Part shown: positions 60,096 to 64,000 of the stretch, piece by piece
How positions within the stretch are numbered: position 1 is the stretch's first letter
How the letters are laid out: every line of letters starts with the position of its first letter
Assembly (NCBI GenBank): GCA_963703225.1
Contig: OY969801.1
Location: 1,824,001-1,888,000 of the forward strand
Source of the DNA: Candidatus Eiseniibacteriota bacterium
GTDB lineage: Bacteria; Eisenbacteria; RBG-16-71-46; SZUA-252
Reading direction: 5' to 3'
DNA: 64,000 bases
Notes under the pieces: model-generated
What the model saw: the letters and a program-made list of their open reading frames with translations, nothing else
The model's database searches: none
Told to the model about the DNA's origin: nothing
Program-made: the position numbers and the translations under genes

Positions 60096-60913
60096 CGAAC
60101 CTTCCGGGCTCTGGCGCTCCCCCACTCTTCGTGCCGAGCGGCGCCGGCACCCCGCGCCGCGCGGTCCGCGCGACGCCAGGCCACGGGCAGGGGCGCCCTG
60201 ACCGGACGGGTCCGGGTCATATAGCCCTGATAGCGATGCAGGAACCACCAGATTGCCCCGATCTCGATGTAGACGATGAGGAGCAGGGCCAGGTGGATCC
60301 GCGCCAGCACGGTGATCGTGACGGAGAAGGCCAAGCAGAGGATCGACTCGAAGATCGCCGTTTTCTGGAACGCTCCCCAGTGGGGCGCCCGTTCTCCCCG
60401 CTCCAGCCGCAGCGCGACGCTCCGCATGAGAAGCAGCGCCACCAAGGCCGCCCCCGCGATCAACAGCTCCAGACCGGCGCGCGGCGCGGGGTGGAACATG
60501 AAATCGGACGGCTGCGGGCCGAGGCGAAAGACCAGCGCGAACCCTCCGTAGGCGAGGATCGACGTCGAAAGTTGAAAGACCGTCTTGTAGGCGCGGGTCC
60601 CATGCACGATCCCCGCGAGGGCGACCGCGAACCCGATGGTCATGACCAACCCCCCGGGCGGCAGCAGAAACATCCCCGCGAGGAAGAAGGCGGGGCCGAC
60701 CGAGTAGACGGTCATGGCGCGCTTGTCCGATGGGACGACGAGCGGCCAGATGAGACAGACCGACGCGCTCGCAGCGAAGAGCGATGTGACCAGCCAAGCG
60801 GGACCGTTGTCCCCGACTTGGTTGCCGGCCCAGGCCGCGAGGAGAAGGGCCAGGACCGCGAGAACGACGCGATACATGACGATCTGAATGTAGCGCCGAG
60901 CCGAACGGGCCAT
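60092..60913 (-). CDS. Hypothetical multi-TM membrane protein
   Basis: About 7-8 hydrophobic segments, GGAGG RBS, no soluble domain. Confidence 0.7.
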   Translation of the reverse strand: MARSARRYIQIVMYRVVLAVLALLLAAWAGNQVGDNGPAWLVTSLFAASASVCLIWPLVVPSDKRAMTVYSVGPAFFLAGMFLLPPGGLVMTIGFAVALAGIVHGTRAYKTVFQLSTSILAYGGFALVFRLGPQPSDFMFHPAPRAGLELLIAGAALVALLLMRSVALRLERGERAPHWGAFQKTAIFESILCLAFSVTITVLARIHLALLLIVYIEIGAIWWFLHRYQGYMTRTRPVRAPLPVAWRRADRAARGAGAARHEEWGSARARKVR

Positions 60914-60974
60914 GCCACCTCCATGGGGCTTTCGCCCATGGATCTATCGGCATCTCGGAGGCCGGACTTTAAGA

Positions 60975-61003
60975 TGTAAATATAATATTTACAACTAGTT
61001 GTA
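60975..61003. promoter_or_regulatory. AT-rich overlapping palindromes (probable operator) between divergent genes
   Basis: TGTAAATAT-A-ATATTTACA (60975-60993) and TACAACTAGTTGTA (60990-61003) are both perfect inverted repeats. Confidence 0.6.
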
Positions 61004-61221
61004 CGAAGTGCCTCGCGAAGCCACTTCATCTCGACGCTCGGCGCCGCGGCGATCATCCAGGGCGCCCTCACGGTCTGGCAAATCGCACGAAGGGGCGATT
61101 CCGAGGCATCCACGTAGGATTTGTTCGCTCCCGCGCTAAACTTTCCCCCCCTTTGGCCGATACATGGATGTCGTTCCGTCCGGGTGATTCATTCCAGAAG
61201 CTTCAGACGCAAGGGGGGTGC

Positions 61222-61638
61222 ATGACGTCGGAAACCAATGATTCAGGCTCGCTGTTGGCCCGCCTCGAGAAGGTGGAGCGCGAGAATCGAGGACTCAGGA
61301 TCACCGGCTCGCTCGCGTTACTGGGAGCGGCCGGGGCCCTGTTCCTGGGGCTCTCCGCGCCGCCGAACAAGACCCTCGAGGCGGAGTTGATCATCGTCCG
61401 CGACACGCATGGGAAGGCGCGGATGATCATGGGGGTCGGCGATGACGGCCCGGCTCTCACGTTTCTCGACAAGGACGGAAAGCTTCGCGTCAATCTTGGC
61501 GTGGACAAGGATGGACCCGCCCTCGATCTTCTCGACGCGGCTGAGAGCCCGCGCGCGCAGCTGATGATCACGGACGACCAGGGGCCGATCCTCAACTTCT
61601 TCGACGCTAAGGGATCGCAGGTCTCGCTCAAGCCGTAG
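61222..61638 (+). CDS. Hypothetical protein: coiled coil + TM + three ~22-aa repeats
   Basis: 'LLARLEKVERENRGLR', a TM, then repeats ending 'DDGPAL', 'KDGPAL', 'DQGPIL'; followed by a terminator. Confidence 0.7.
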   Translation: MTSETNDSGSLLARLEKVERENRGLRITGSLALLGAAGALFLGLSAPPNKTLEAELIIVRDTHGKARMIMGVGDDGPALTFLDKDGKLRVNLGVDKDGPALDLLDAAESPRAQLMITDDQGPILNFFDAKGSQVSLKP

Positions 61639-61659
61639 GCAGTTCTCTTGCGTATTGCG

Positions 61660-61689
61660 GGGCCGGCTTCTTCGGGAGCCGGCCCTTTT
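61660..61689 (+). terminator. Intrinsic terminator
   Basis: GGGCCGGCTTC-TTCG-GGAGCCGGCCC-TTTT: cUUCGg tetraloop and U tract. Confidence 0.85.
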
Positions 61690-61766
61690 CCTTTCCTCGG
61701 GCCCGTGGCAAGATCGCCCGACCCTATGGATCCCACCTCTCCCCTCGCCCGCGTCCGCACCCCAGC

Positions 61767-62676
61767 ATGAGCGCTCCCGCGGCTGCGTCCTCCGAAGTCC
61801 GCGGACCCGCCCAATACACGGCGTTTGTCGGCATGTGTCTCATCTGGGGCACCACGTTCCTCGTCATCCGGATCGGGAACGAGGCGATCGCCCCGCTCTG
61901 GGGCGCCACGCTTCGCCTCGTCATCGCGGCATTGTTGAACGGAATCGTCGCACTCCTGACCCGCGCGCGCTGGCCCGCGGGCGCCGCGCTCGGCGGGATC
62001 GCCCTCTTCGGGTTCCTCAACCTGGGGGTGAATTTCGTCCTTCTTTACTGGGCGGAGCTGACCGTTCCCAGCGGGATCGCCGCGGTCCTCTACGCCACCA
62101 TTCCCCTTTCGTCCGGACTGTTTTCGTCGATGCTCGGCCTCCACGCGTTCGAGCGGACGAAGATGCTCGCCGCGGTCGTCGGCCTGGCGCGGCGTGGCGC
62201 TGATCTTCTCCGGAGAGGTTCGTCTGGGGGCGCCGGCGCTTGCGCTGCTCGGAGTATTCACCGGAGCGTCATGCGCCTCGCTGTCGGGCGTCATTCTCAA
62301 GAAGATTCCCGCGCAGTCGACGTTCGTGGTGAACGGAGTGGGGGCGGCGGTCGGCTCCCTCATCTGTTTCCTCGCGAGCATCGCGTCCGGCGAGCCGCAC
62401 GCCCTGCCCAGAACCTTCGCGGCGTGGGGCCCGATCCTCTATCTCGCGGTGGCCGGAAACCTCGGCGCCTACGTCCTCTGGGCGTGGCTGGTGACTCAGT
62501 GGAAGGTGACGAGCGTCAGCGTCGCGGCGCTGATCATCCCCGTCATTGCGGTGATGGTGGGAGCGTTGGTCCGGGCCGAGGCGCCCGCCCCGCTCACCTA
62601 CGCTGGGGCCGCGCTCGTGCTGGGGGGCGTGGTCGTCGCGCTCTTCGCGCCGGCCGACGGTCGAACCTCTACGTGA
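61767..62676 (+). CDS. EamA/DMT family transporter (apparent frameshift near 62190)
   Basis: 'CLIWGTTFLVIRIG', 'PSGIAAVL', 'LIIPVIAV'; two EamA halves in ORFs 61767 and 62194. Confidence 0.88.
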
Positions 62677-63181
62677 GGTAGCGCTCCCGGAGCACCTTCA
62701 CATGGTGGCGCTCGTGGCCCGCGATGATGTAGGCGAGCGCCTGCACGGAGACCGGATTCCCTGACGCCGTCCCCATCCGGGCCCACGCGTCCTTCGGGAA
62801 GCCTTCAAACAGCAGCAGCGTCGCGCGGCGCACCACCTCCAGCTCGTCCGCCAGATCCTGAAGCGTGCGCGAGGCAAAGCCACCCTGGGGCACGTAGTCG
62901 TCCTGCTCGAAACCGGGCAGCGGCGTGGCGTCGCCGCGTCCAATCCGAAGCGCCCGGTAGCTGAACACCCGCTCGGAGTCGATGACGTGACCGAAGACCT
63001 CCTTGATGGTCCACTTGCCCGGTGCGTAGGCGTGATTCCCCTTCGCCTCGGGAATCGAGCGAAGCAGCTCCATCGTCTCCCTCACTTGGCTCCGGAGGAC
63101 CTCGACGATCGGACCGTCCGGCACCAGATCGATGTAGCGGCTGTAGTAAGGCGCGTGCTCAGACTGGGCGGGTCGATTCAT
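62669..63181 (-). CDS. DinB family protein
   Basis: 'YAPGKWTIKEVFGHVIDSERVF', 'AGHERHH'. Confidence 0.9.
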   Translation of the reverse strand: MNRPAQSEHAPYYSRYIDLVPDGPIVEVLRSQVRETMELLRSIPEAKGNHAYAPGKWTIKEVFGHVIDSERVFSYRALRIGRGDATPLPGFEQDDYVPQGGFASRTLQDLADELEVVRRATLLLFEGFPKDAWARMGTASGNPVSVQALAYIIAGHERHHVKVLRERYLT

Positions 63182-64000
63182 GCTGCGTCCTCCAAAAGTG
63201 GGCGGCCTCTTCCATGCCCTGTTCGTACGTCCGCCGCGGCGCGTAGCCCAGCTCCTCAGCGGATCCTTCGAGCGTCAAACTTGCCGTTCCAGGCCGCGCC
63301 CGGCGGCACCATATCACGGGGAACGACTTCCAATGGAGCGGTCCCGAACCATGCGCGGACCTCCTCCATGTAGGACCGCCGCGGGACGTGTCCGTCCACC
63401 ATATTGTAAACGCGACCGGCGGCGCGCTCCTGCTCGATGGAGAGCAGGACGGCATCGACCAGATTCTCAACATGGAGGAATGGAAACCAGGCCTCCGAGT
63501 CCATGAGCTTGACCTGCCTGTCACGGATTCGGGCCGGAACCTTGACCGCCCAGGTGGAGGTGGGATGAACGCCCAGAATGCAGCCGGGCCGGAGGATCGT
63601 CGCGCTGAGCCCCCGCCCCGAAGCGTCGAGCACGATGCGATCCGCCTCGGCCTTCGTCCGCCCGTAGGGGTCTCCCGCGGTTTCTAGGGGCGCGGACTCA
63701 TCGACCAACTCGAGGCCCGTTCACGTCGTAGACGGAGCAGGTCGAGATGTGAATGAACTTTCTGCAGCCGGCGGCCAGGGCCGCCTCCACCATCGTCCGG
63801 GTGCCCTCCGCGTTCACGCGCCGAACGGGGTCAAGCTCAGGGCCCGAAGTCGCGGCACAATGAACGACGATGTCCGCGCCCCTCGCGGCCGGGCCCGCCA
63901 CGGTCGGGTCGACAAAATCCCCGCCGATCTCCACGACCCCGGCCGCCCGCAGCTCGGGCGATTCTCCCACGCGGCGGACGATCGCTCGAATCGGGTGGCC
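63159..64000 (-). CDS. NAD-dependent epimerase/dehydratase (extended SDR), 5'-truncated by the window, apparent frameshifts
   Basis: 'VVHCAA', 'HISTCSVY', 'YGRTK', 'ILRPG', 'HVENLVDA', 'ELGYAP' spread over three frames. Confidence 0.82.

Overview
High-GC bacterial chromosome segment from a diderm organism (it encodes lipoproteins and a probable outer-membrane beta-barrel). No integrase, transposase, CRISPR or phage genes are seen. Main blocks: (1) MFS, pit and a DUF47 gene. (2) A five-gene operon at 4120-10569 behind a near-consensus sigma54 (-24/-12) promoter: membrane-anchored FeS/FAD NAD(P)H oxidoreductase, a membrane protein with two H-x13-H pairs, 17-heme and 13-heme c-type cytochromes, and a probable beta-barrel. 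This is the best candidate for an undescribed system, a cytoplasm-to-surface electron conduit. (3) Two paralogous exported M3 oligopeptidases, osmC, a GT-C/TPR protein, a flippase-like gene and mgtA. (4) A tandemly duplicated promoter plus RNA-hairpin unit upstream of a large lipoprotein, and tRNA-Leu(TAA). (5) Sugar-phosphate genes rpiB, pgi, tal, glk, fbaB. (6) Alternative complex III (actABCDEF), a diheme cytochrome, an A2-type aa3 oxidase (ctaC/ctaD, no subunit III here) and heme A/O and Cu assembly genes, divergent from (7) a classical menaquinone operon menFDHBACE, then a thioesterase, menG and ispG. Several genes look leaderless. About ten genes carry single-base frameshifts that look like sequencing or assembly indels rather than true pseudogenes. 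All calls come from motif reading; no database searches were run.
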